DNA of 64,000 nucleotides from Oculina patagonica (Eukaryota): NCBI RefSeq assembly GCF_052425735.1, contig NC_135758.1, positions 37,572,001 to 37,636,000 of the forward strand, read 5' to 3'. Shown piece by piece: positions 22,724 to 34,655 of this stretch (position 1 is its first letter; each line of letters starts with the position of its first letter). The notes under the pieces were generated by a model. It saw only the letters and a program-made list of their open reading frames with translations, ran no database searches and was not told where the DNA came from. The position numbers and the translations under genes were made by a program.

Positions 22724-23911
22724 TGTTAGCAGATTCTAAAGTAGTGCAATAAAGAAAAAGACCTTGATGTTATGTGCTTTCTGTAACGGTATGATTATTA
22801 ATGAAGAACTTTTGAAATGTCACGAGCGTGGGACAAAAAAAGACTTTTCTGGTCTGTTCAAACTCTCTACTCACTACTGCCAGCGTTTGCACAGTTCATT
22901 TATTGGGAGCTCAACCAATTTTTTTCTATGAAGGTGACTGACCATGACAATTTCAGTAAATATTAAGGTTTCAACAAATGCAGTCATATAAACATTGACC
23001 AATGTAAACAGAGATGAATTTTCAGTGAAATTTCCAGAGGTTTTTATGGCATTCAAAATCAAAAAGAATTCATTTGCAACTAAAACAGTTAAAGTCAGGG
23101 ACGGCGGAGCTTTTTTCCAGGTGGGGGGGTGTTTGTTTTTTGGGGGGGGGGAAAAAAATTTTTTTTATTTTTTTTTTTTTTAGATTGGGGGGGAAAAACC
23201 CCCCCCCCCCCCCCCCCCCCCCCCAAGTACAAACGTGCAATAACGCAACTCAATCTGAATTTTGTTGCGTTGCTTTTGTCTTTGTTTGGTAATCGCTGGT
23301 TTTTTGTTTGTTTTTTGTTTTTTACTGGCAAGTGACAAATTAATCAGGGAATTATTGCTGGGTTATTAAAGTGACGGAGACGGAATAAAAACGTTCACGC
23401 AAAAGAACTATTGCTAACACATCTGTAATGAAAAGTGTACTTTGATTAGAACTTTTAGAATTGTAGCTTGTAACCACATGTAATAAAATAAAATAAAGTT
23501 AACTCGGGTAGGATGAAAATTATTGTCAGTTCGCATATAAATCTGGGGAAAATCAACAAAGTGATTGAGTAGCAACATCAACCGAGTTACTGAGTAACAA
23601 AATGTATCAAGTACGTAATTGAGTAGCAAAATGAACACAGTGACATAAAAAGATAAATTATTAAAGAACAGGCATGTAATAAGTATTTGGGATAACTCCT
23701 AACCGACTTTCATCTTTTTATAAAAAAAATTAGATTTTGACGTAAAATCTCTCTTAGTTTATACTTTGAGTTGTTTCATGAAGATAATTGGACCGATTCT
23801 GTTCAAAAAGTACAATTTAGCTGAATAGAGCGGTTTTCACTTTACTACGCTTACTGTTTGTTAAAATTCTCGCGCTTTTCTCGGTTAAAAAAAAAATCCC
23901 CCCCCTTTCCC

Positions 23912-23972
<61 letters not shown>

Positions 23973-25949
23973 CAACAAAAGGCAACCCGGAAAGCAGCAA
24001 AAGACACACAACTAAAAGAAAAGAGCCTGTTATGAAATAACAGTGGTAATATAAAAAACAGTAGAACGTTGTATTAGTTAGGAAAACGACCAGCAAATTA
24101 CGCGTTTTCGATATATACATCTCAGTCACTCAGTCATTTCACAAATTTCTAACCTGTCGAATTGAGATCAACAAAGGTTTTAGTAAATGCGAATCACATT
24201 TGTAGAAAATAGCTCATTGGAATTTATCTTTATACTGAGAAAAGTGGTAAACCTGACGTTTTTTTTTTTTAAATTTCAAGGCTGAGTTAGCTGTGGAGGT
24301 TTTCTTAAAACAGCGCGTTTCATGGAAAACATAACAATTACAAGTAACAAAAAGTACTAACAAATTCGTAGATCGAAGTGCAGGTTAAAGTTGGTGTTAA
24401 TCTGATGAATTAAAAGGAAAATAAATGTTAGATTGTCAGCAATGGATTTGAAGTATCTTCAAGGAATAGAAAAATTACCAAAAATGGCTCAAAAAAAGTT
24501 CCATACCTTTAGAACTCCAAGTGTAGAATGACTCGTTGACTAAAACATTGGTGTTTAAGTAGTACCATGAAGGAATCAGACGCCATCGTGTCAATCAAAG
24601 TAAAGGCGGGGCTAAAAAGAGTGATGTTGCAGCAGGTTTACGTAATTCAAATGCAATGCGGAGTTAGTTTGAAGACAGGAATATACAGCACTCTACGCAG
24701 GAACTTCGGGATGTTTGATCTCTTGATTGGAATTTTTTTCGTTGATTGTCAAATAAAGGACCATTGACGTAAACAAAATGAAGAGTGGGGTGTGATTGAA
24801 ATGAATGGTTCTCTTTGTAGTCTTTGTTTTGATATGTTTTTATTCCCTTTTGGCTGTTTAATCTCGTTACTCATTTTGATTTATTGTTTTTTTTTAATTT
24901 GAGTTACAACGATGAATAGCGCTCTTTGTCGTTTTTGTTTTCAAATGTTTTTATTCCCTTTTGGCTTCTTGATCTTGTGACCGGAATTTGTTAGTTCCCT
25001 GATCGTCAAATAGAGGTCCACTTATGTCAGTCACATAAGGGGTGGGGTTTGATAAATTGGCTCTTTACTTGAGAATAGCGGTCTGAAAAGGTTCCTTCAG
25101 CTTACTCTGTTCAAATATGTTTTTATTCCTTTTGGGAAGTTTGATCCCTTTTCTTTGTGAGCTTCAAATGACTACTTGTGACGTACAATCTAATCGAAAA
25201 AAAGGCATCTTCACTGTGTCGATCAAAGGCTTGCTTTAATCAATAGCTCCACTTTACTATAGCAAATAAAATCGTCATGAATAGTCCTTGCTTAGATTGC
25301 ATTTTGAATAACTATTTTTGTTTTTTCTTTATCACAAATTGCCTTTTTAAAGGTATGCATCAAATAAAATGATATTTAAATCCATTGAAGTAATCAAATT
25401 CTTCGGAAACGAACAAGAGCTTTAACCGCACGCCCGATGAATTTTGTATGATATGCGTATAATAATAACTAACAAATTATGATACTGAACAATCTCTCAT
25501 TGTTATTAAATGCGATCCTTTACCTAAGTGATGTGTCCGACTTCTTATTTCCTATTTATATTCCTGCATCATCATACACATAATGTCTCAAGAATCAAAG
25601 TTTTTTATCGAAACCATTTCAGTAACAAAATTTTATTAAAACATTTTTGGAATAAACATTTTCCCCCAAAAAAAAATTTAAATGGTTTTTTCTTCTCACA
25701 AAATGCTTTACATGCACTTCTTTTGTCAAGATTTGTTTCTGTGCTTGTGCAACTTTCAATGTTTAGCACTGTGAAACTCGTGAAATTTGTGGACTTAATA
25801 CTTTATTAAACGACTTATTGTTCTGCGCCAGGTGAATATAACTCGCCTTTAAACGGCCTGACTGATTTATAGTTGGTTTTACAACCCCGGGTCTTCCACT
25901 ATGTACGGAACCCGGATGTCAATTTCATGGCAGGTGTTATAGGGCACTA

Positions 25950-26030
25950 ACAGGGTCGTACCTAGCCGGGGGGGGGGGGGGCAGTGGGGGCAGTTGCCCT
26001 CGCAGACAAAAAATCCTAGGTATAGCCCTG
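25950..26030. mobile_element. hAT5-like mini-MITE
   Basis: CAGGGTCGTACCTAG / CTAGGTATAGCCCTG with 5-bp TSD ACTAA. Confidence 0.65.
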
Positions 26031-26666
26031 ACTAACGAGGGTTGCCGATAGTCAACGGTCATCCAAGACAATTTGTGACTACCAGCTGATCGGAGTGAAG
26101 CCTCTGATAAGCGGATAGAAATTCCACAGAGGGCGTGCTGCTTGAACATGTTCCTGTTAGTGAGGCAAGAGCGGATGTCAATAAATAAGGTCCCAAGTTC
26201 AGGTCGTCCAAGGTGAAATAAACAGGATGCTGTAAGCAAAAATAGTAAGCGGAACAAAAATCTTCAACATAAGCAAAACAATTATCTATCAACAGCGTAA
26301 CAAGACTGTTGTTCTTCGTGAGTGGTGCAAATTCCACGGCTAATGTGCCACTTGACGATTTTTGCCTTAGTCACGAAAACGATGACTCAGTCCGGACGGT
26401 TTTTAATGATTAAAAAACTGAAGAAAAGAAAAGTCATTTATCTTCCTGTTATTTAGTTGTTGTTGTTGTTGTTTTCATTTATATTTTGAAACAATTTTCC
26501 TGAGGTGAGCGCGTTTACTCGCATTCCTAAGCCAACTTTAAGAACTTTACCTTGTCAGAGTAAAAAGGCAACGAAACTTTAAACGAGGCAAGAAATCGTT
26601 TACAAAGTTTAGCTTATTCACCCGATATAAGATAAAATTAAGTTTTTCAAGGCGATAATCCTGATA

Positions 26667-26843
26667 CAGTCAACTCTCGTTATAGCGGACACGCTCGGGG
26701 CGTCGTTTAGTGTCCGTTTTAGCGAGAGTCCGTATAATAGCGGGAGGCATTTCCATTCAAACCTCTTTCGCTGGGGATCTGGATTTTGTCCGTAATAGCA
26801 AGTGTCCGCAAAAGCGGGGTGTCCGCAAGGCAAGAGTTGACTA
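26667..26843. mobile_element. pogo/Tigger-like MITE
   Basis: TA-CAGTCAACTCT ... AGAGTTGACT.-TA, with internal GTGTCCG repeats. Confidence 0.7.
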
Positions 26844-27231
26844 TATTTAAGTAAGTTGCTGTTAAGATAGCGTGGAAAAACAATTTAACAATGTGGATTG
26901 AGATACTTGAAGGAGCTTCGTCACGGACCGCACTTCTTGAGTAAGTTTACCTTGCTTTTACCTGTTTTCGCGTTTGTCGTTCCGATTCTGTCTAAATCTT
27001 CCACAGTAGTGACTACCCTTGCTTATTTTTGGCTTATCATCACCTTATTGAGGTTTTACCTTAAAAAGTAGTTCTGTACATCAGAAAAATGTCTAAAAAC
27101 GAGTGTAACACTTTAAACAAGTGTAGTTATTTCTGTTCCTGATATGAACGGCGGTAAATTCACATTAAATGGGCCCTCGGGCTGTGGCTTGAATGTGTTT
27201 GTTTTGGTCATGAAAGCAATGCGAGGAAACC

Positions 27232-27440
27232 TAAGGGTAATGAATGGTCCTTCAAAGAATGCGTGTCTCGCATGATTTTAGCCAAATTTAAGGGGTTTCG
27301 AATTCGTCGTCTCGAATTTTTCTTTGACGGCTTCTCGGAGTCTCGATTTCTTTTACAAGGCTAAAAAGGTCTCGGGCTCGCAGAAAAGGTATCTGTCTGT
27401 CTGTCTCGCAAAGTCTCGTATTTAGCATTCGACACCCGTA
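27232..27440. mobile_element. Academ-like MITE, same family as 61075-61257
   Basis: TGAATGGTCCTTCAAA..ATGCGTGTCTCGCA and GTCTCG repeats are shared with the copy at 61 kb. Confidence 0.65.
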
Positions 27441-28689
27441 ATACCACCTATTAATGTTGATAGCACTGTCGATTGTTTTTTTATTTGATTTTCCGTGAGC
27501 AGAAATCAATAATTGAACTGAAAGGAATGCGTATTTTTTCTTTCAAAAACATATAAATGTAGTCGGTATCGGAAACCATAAGTCAATCGGCATGATTTTG
27601 TTTAATTATCAATTCCAAATTGGTAATATGTTTTGCTGCACGAAGTAATGCTGTATATTTATACTAAACAGGAAAGACAAATTTTGTTTTGGAAGAAAGC
27701 CTGGAAAAGTAACTCTCTGGAACGACAGGCTTAAAAGTATATTGTATTCGTAGCCACTGAAGGCATCGTTAGACACTCAACAGAATTCCACAGTATTTCG
27801 TTCTTCTGGGTATTCGCTGTTCCTAGTTTCTGGTGTAGGCTTTTACTAATGAGAAGGACATTTGACGTCAAGATGAAGAAGAAGACTGTTAGTCAAAAAC
27901 AAAACAACATTTAATGATATCAACTCTCAGTAAAATCATTACTCGTACAGTAAATATGTGGCCCAGAAATCTGGTTTGGTTTCTGCCAACCCCCTTCCCC
28001 ATTAAAATGTTCTAAAACGTTGCATCAATGCCAAGCTACAAACGTTTTCGACAATGTTCTCTTTACGGCGCTATGCTACAGCAACGCTTCTACATTGTTA
28101 ATGGCGCCACACAACTTAAGAAATCTTTACAAAATTAAGCTAATTTTGTACATCAGAATTTTCTTTCACTGTTTGAATTCTTTCAGCGGTTGACTATTGT
28201 CTTAGACTTTGGCATTCAATGTGAAACCCAACAGAGCAAATAGCAAAACAGATATCGGATTTTGTTTCTTCACTTTCTGTACAAGTTGTCGAACTACGGG
28301 TCCACTTTGTAAACTACTGCAAGTTTGGTATTTAAAACACACAAAAGACTCAAGCCTTAAATGAGAGTTTTCACAACATTGAGAAGACATTAGATTAGAA
28401 GGTGTCCCGAAGAGAGGCACCTGTTGAATTGATAGCTATTCAGTTTGTATAATACATTTGACTATCCTGTTGTACAACATTTGAAAATTCACAGTAGGTT
28501 CAGATCAGTAATGAGAAAATTCCAAACGCGAATGGATGTAGACAGTTAGCGATCACAATAATCAAACAAGGGAAAAACAATTACTTGAAAGAAAGACCAC
28601 AAAGTGCTATTCAAAACACGCCCTAACTTGACGCGCCGAACGGATTCACGTGCTTGCATTTTGATTGTAGTGACATGTTCGAAAAATAA

Positions 28690-28895
28690 GCCTGGTTTTC
28701 ACTAGCGACGCAAGCACAAGCGCAAGGATAACAGCCCTTATTTCACTGTGAAAACGGCTTCAAAGCAAGCAAAAGCCCAAGCGTATTGAATTTTGATGCT
28801 TGTGCTTGTACTTGCGGCAAGCACAAGCACGAGGACCAAATTTTTTCCTTTTCGCGTGCTTGCGCATGTGCTTGCGTCGCTAGTGAAAACCAGGC
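28690..28895. mobile_element. PIF/Harbinger-like MITE
   Basis: ~37-bp TIR GCCTGGTTTTCACTAGCGACGCAAGCACA.GCGCAAG and its reverse complement; T/A-rich 3-bp flanks. Confidence 0.7.
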
Positions 28896-31800
28896 TATAA
28901 TACCATACTTTGTGAGGTCTTGTGATAAAAAACACAAAATTTAGTCACAAGACCCGCACAAAACAGTAGATAGAAACAAAAACAAAAACAACAAGGAGTA
29001 ACATTTAGAGCACTCTTTATCACTGTATGCAAATTTATAAGTATTGAAGTACTAGATGTACAAGTGTGTTTTCATATGAACTATGAATTGCTAACAAAAC
29101 GTGGGTAATAGTCGCGTCGGTCTTTCACCCCCATTTATTTCATCAGTTTTATCAATATCGCTTAGAATTCGCGACAGCAGCTTTTTTGGACCAGGGTACA
29201 CAATGTTGATAACATCATTCTGACCACCGCCAGAGCCAATATTCAAGGAGTGAGTTTTGCATTAATGGATTTTTCAAGTGCCCTTGAAAGCTATTCATAG
29301 AAGTATTCTAATGTGACACTGACCGGCCTCAAACTTTTGTAATGCAGATATTTCATAACAGATGGAAATTCCAGGGTCACAAGAGTATGAAATTCAGTCT
29401 TCCAGCTTTCTAAGGCATTTGGTGTTTTTCACAGATCAAACACTCAACGGAAAATGAAACCAAAACGCCACAGCACTTTTCTTGAGCTTGTTTAAAGGGG
29501 CACTGTTACGGGATTTAATTGCATTTAATTTCTCGTCAAAACTGTGCTAAAAGTATGACTACGTGTGTTTGCTCGTACACAAAATGCACCTCATGAAGAT
29601 ATTAAGTTAGTTGTGGAAGGGAGAGCATACTGTTATTAGTCTTTAGGAGTTTCCGAGCCACAAGAGCAGAATTTGAAGAAGTCTGAACGCCTTCTCTAAT
29701 TTGAGATCCAAACTTGTTTGTACCTTACTCGTAATAACACCCTGTTAATTAACAGCTTCAGTAAACTAGTTTGGTAGTATTTAACAAGACTAATATTTTA
29801 TAGTGTTACTGATGTAAAGATGTCTTTTCGTTTTTGACGTTTTTTGAAGTCATGCTGTGATGGCTCTTTTACCAGTTGATCGACATTCGGCCGAGGCTAC
29901 GCGAGAAAGAAAAAAACCTGTGACTGAAAGTTAAACATTTCAAAACACAAACAGATTGCATCTCAAACACAATAAAAATTATCAACAAGAAATAGAGTAG
30001 CACTTCTATTATTTTCAAGGCTGATGCAATTAAATTACAGAACGAATGGCACACTTTTGCCTAGTGAAGTAAGTGCAAATTACTGATGGGCAAACTATAA
30101 TCAAACCCGGCCTTCAAACTTAGGATCAAACTTCAGATTTTTCGTTTGCTTGCTTTCCTTTTAATTTACAAATAATTACCGTATTTACCTATGAAGGCAA
30201 ATAATAACGCCTAGGGAAATTCAGAAAATAAGACATATATTAAATCAGTTATAGGTCTAAGAGGTATAATATGAGACATGTGAAACAGATGAATTTTGCT
30301 GAACTGTGTAACTGCTCAACTGAACATTGTTTTGATTTGTTACGAAGGGAGCAACCATAACAACAACAACAACGTCTCCAACCAAAAGATCTATTGAGCA
30401 GAAAAATGGCTTGAACACAGTAGAAGTGATGCAAAAAGGCTGGTAATGGAAGTTAAAACATCCAAATACACAAACAGATCGCATCTCTAACACAAGTTAT
30501 AGAAATCAGTGGCGAAAGGCCTGTGGAAGCACTTCGGCTTTTATTTTCAGAGCGGATGCGAATTCCACAAGAATGAGGACCTTTTTCCCAGTGCCCGCAG
30601 GTCTAAATTACTTATGTATTTATTAAAATTATCAACGCAGCTCTAACACAATAGTTACGATCAACAGGAAAAGGCCTGTAGAAACATCTCTATTATTTTT
30701 CAGAGCGGACGCAAATTCCAGAATGAATGATGCAATTTTTCCTAGTGCCTGCAGGTCTGCACTATGAATGAAATAATTGCCAATTTAATACTGTGTGATG
30801 GCAAAATGATTAAACAAAGAAAAACACAACTAAAATAAATGAGTTCGAACTGAATGGGCAGTTAACAGAACTCTGAAATGAAAACTAACATATAACAAAC
30901 GGTATCAAAACACTTAAGCAGTTTTCTTTTAATGAAGTGTTGACGTTCTAGAAGAACAAGTGCAACAAGTTCCTACTGGAACTAGACCACAGCAGCAAGG
31001 AATTTTGGACTGTTCAACCTAGGATCTCCTGATTCAGTAGCCATGTGCTTAAACTCTAGAATCTGGAGCATTTTATTCTGGGGTTGATTTGGCTTAAATT
31101 CAGTTTCTTGCTTTTTTTAGATCCAAAAGACTCCAACAGAAAACTGCCCAGTCACAGAGGAATTCACTTCCCCTAAAAAACCGCAAGACCAAATTATGAA
31201 TGGAATGAGTTCCAATTACTAATAGACAAGTGATCAAACAAGGAAAAAAAACAACTTTCCAAAAGACTTCAAACTGAAAACATTTTAATTTGCGCAATTC
31301 AAAGCTAAAAGCAAATTAATCAAACTGCCACACCTGTAATCAACGTAATGACATTTTATTCCTTGTAGTGAACATTTAAGACCCAACTGCAGACCTGGGA
31401 CTACAGTTAGCACTTTGTCACTCTTGAAGAGAGGCGGAGGTATGTTCAATCTCATTTTTATATTAGTTTTGCTCATTTACTAAAAGTCATGTTGTTCATA
31501 ATAACATTATCAATTTTCGTAAATTTATATTCTCAAACCAAAGACAGTTTGTAACATTGTTTAATTTCTTTCAGAAAGCACCCGAGAAAGTCCTTACTTT
31601 GGATTCAACTAGTGATCTTGTAAGTAAACTTCATTTATTCATATATCGTCAATCACAAAAATAATTTGAAGAAATTGCAAGCATTAAAGACCCGAGTGGC
31701 TTTCAAAAATTTATTTTTATTTCCAGTGAACTAATGAGTTGTTTGTACAATTATCAAATTAACTTGTATCTGGAAAAGGAATAGTTCGGTGTTGAAACTG

Positions 31801-32303
31801 TGTCTTTTAGATATTTAACTTGGTATCTAACATGTGTAGTGTCCCAAAAATTATCTTGAACTTAACAACTTCTAATAAACTTAAACTCCCAACGCAGTCA
31901 TTATGAAGTTGGAAGAATTTGCTTCTCCTTCCAAAACACTTTTACGAACTTTTGCCTTCAGATCTGAGTTATGAACGAAAATCGAATACCGGCTACTACT
32001 AAGAGGAATATGACTAAAGAAGGAAAACAAAGCTTCTAAACAGATAAAAGACTTCAAACTGAACACAGTTATTTTGCATGACTAACAACTGAAAACAAAG
32101 TATGGTATCAAAACAAAACTTGTTTTTTAGTAATTAAGTCCGGACACTCTAGAAGAACAGGTATTTAGTACAGCCAATGAATGCACTCGCACGATAAAAC
32201 CTGTTAGTAGCAAGGAATTTGTACATTCGTCTTACTTTATCAGTCTGCATGCACATGCTCACATGAAGCTGCAACTTGTAAGTTAAGAGTTTTAACTTGA
32301 CAG

Positions 32304-32526
32304 TTTTGTTTGGCCTTAGTTAGTAATAAAACATGAATTTGAACACGAATTGCTAAAACAGAAGTTCAATTCAGAACAAAACGAAATGTGGGACATACAA
32401 TGCATAGTAAAGTAAGGTTTTGTTTGGCCTTAGCTAGTAATAAGAACATGAATTTGAACACAATTTGCTTAAACAGAAGTTCAATTCAGAACAAAACGAA
32501 ATGTGGGACATACAATGCATAGTAAA
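32304..32526. repeat. Tandem duplication of a ~110-bp unit
   Basis: TTTTGTTTGGCCTTAG...GGGACATACAATGCATAGTAAA occurs at 32304-32411 and 32418-32526. Confidence 0.9.
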
Positions 32527-32869
32527 TAATAAACCGAAGAATTTTCTTCTGGTTCTCTTTCGTTTAATTCATTCAGAAAAATCTTGAGTTTTATTATTAC
32601 TGCCACAATTAAGGATGTATGGTGCATTTTATTCAAGAAACCACACAGCCCAGCATTATAGACCATTATAATACAAGTTCAATCACAAATTGTTTCAATT
32701 AATTACTAGTAGGAAACTCTATCTGACTTAAACAAAAACTGTACCAGCATTTAGGTGCATAGTATGAAACTTTTAAGCTCACCCAATTTAATCCTGTCTG
32801 TTATAATTAATAACTTCTAATTTGTTGGGTATGGCTTTGTAGGTTTTCTTGGAGAAAATAAGGTAAAAC

Positions 32870-33364
32870 ATGGGAGGAGTTCAGATTAAAAACTGTACTG
32901 CCGTGCCACTCAAGATCCAGCTATGCCAAGTCAGCGTTTTGTACCACGATCTCGTCCAACCCGGAGAGTATTTTACCAGGGAGACCGGCGCTGCGCATTT
33001 CACAATCAAGATCACAGTCAGCGATAAAGACGACACATCATGGACCGACACAGTTTTACCTATTTTTTCAGTTGTCGTGTCAACCCTTGTAGGCATGGCT
33101 ACTGGTGGTGCAGGTTTTGCGGGTCTGGTTTCTGGAACTGCGGCTGGAGGTAGATCTGTGCTGACAAGGGAACTTGCAAACAAGCTGTTCCTTGAAGCCG
33201 ACAACAGCCACTGTTACCTCAGCTCGGCAGGATGGTATTTCGGCGGTAAAAATGAATTAGAAATACGTGGAGGTCCTCGAATTCTGGCAGATTCCAGAGG
33301 TTACAGTTACAACGGTTCTCGACTTCGTATTGTTGACAGGAATAATAGCAGTAGACATTCTTAA
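32870..33364 (+). CDS. Uncharacterised 164-aa protein with a central hydrophobic Gly/Ala-rich segment, single coding exon
   Basis: Intact ORF with context AAACATGG. Acceptor TTGTAG at 32842. Candidate UTR exons end at 31439 (GAG/GTATGT) and span 31575-31619 (CAG.../GTAAGT). AATAAA at 33485. Confidence 0.82.
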   Translation: MGGVQIKNCTAVPLKIQLCQVSVLYHDLVQPGEYFTRETGAAHFTIKITVSDKDDTSWTDTVLPIFSVVVSTLVGMATGGAGFAGLVSGTAAGGRSVLTRELANKLFLEADNSHCYLSSAGWYFGGKNELEIRGGPRILADSRGYSYNGSRLRIVDRNNSSRHS

Positions 33365-34564
33365 CTTCAAATACGTGTGTAACGTCTGTGTGTGCGTGTT
33401 CGTGTTGCTTTTTTGCAGATGTAATGACGCGTGTTTACTATTCATAGGTATTATGAAGAATTATTACACTCCAAATTGTGTTTGAATAAAAAGGTTGTGT
33501 TATGTGTATGTGTGTTTTGTGCTAGCTTCATCTTCAAAAGATGGTGCGATGAAAGGGTTACTATACTTTCCCATCTAACCCATCTTTGCCCAGTGCATGC
33601 AACTGTTTTCAAGGAATCGAATTTCTTGCATTATTTACAGCACTTTAACCTTTCGCATTGGTGTTGACTCAGTCTACTGGCCTCTAACAGAGTACGTACA
33701 GATTTTTGTATTGTTCCAGATGTTTAATTTTGGTCAGACATTTGTGGGATGTTATGGAAAATTTAAGTAGATGTTTTTGTTATGACAGTTTCAGTAACTT
33801 GTTCTAACACTATCTTGGGGTTTCACTGCCAGCCACTGATTTCAGATAGATATATCTCGTTAAGCATGTACCTCTCTACTTAATAAACGTTAACAATTTC
33901 ATCTGATGCCCTTGTAATAGTCACTCGTGAAAGACTAAAAAAATAAAACGGATTGAGAGTGTTTGTTGTAGTGTTTGTTGTTGTTATTGGGTTACTGGCT
34001 TACCTCCTATCTAAAGCAGCCTTTCGTCAAATTATTGGCGGATGAACACGGGTTCCTAAAACAGTCTTGTCCAATTTTTCTTGTGTATAATTCACATAAA
34101 AATCCTTACCGAGCACAACAGCGTAAGAGTTCAAAAATGACAGAATAGGTAGTTCTCTTGCCATTGTTTGAAGTTGACCCCAGTACCCCAGTATACCTAT
34201 GCAGCCCATGTGAAAACAAGGCATCTGAATAGTTCTGTGGTACACCCCCCCCCCCCACCCCCTTACTTTTATCTGTACCTCCATGGAAGGTGGAGATGAG
34301 AAAGTTCCGTATTACCAATTTATTCAGTGGTTATTTGTTCTCAGTCGTTCATAACGCTTGTAGCACAGCCCAGTACATCTGACTGTGGATTTAGTGTTTG
34401 GTCGGATTCTGTTTGTAGATAACTTATCTCAAAAGATAAGAACTCATGGTTTTTTTCGCAATTCTTATTTATCGATATGTTTTTCCTACAATATATATTT
34501 ATATTTTTTCCTCGGCGGATGAAAATTTCAAATGCGAACATGATCAAGCAACTGACATAGGAAG

Positions 34565-34655
34565 GTATAAATGACAAAATTGGTAAATACTACGCTGTAG
34601 TCAAAAAACTCTTCTTTGACTACAGCGTAGTATTTACCAATTTTGTCATTTATAC
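34565..34655. repeat. Perfect 41-bp inverted repeat with 9-nt loop
   Basis: GTATAAATGACAAAATTGGTAAATACTACGCTGTAGTCAAA (34565-34605) and its exact reverse complement (34615-34655). Confidence 0.92.

Noticed and set aside
23095-24010. Poly-Pro, poly-Lys and poly-Phe ORFs
   Set aside because: They derive from long C, G and T homopolymers, likely inflated by sequencing error.
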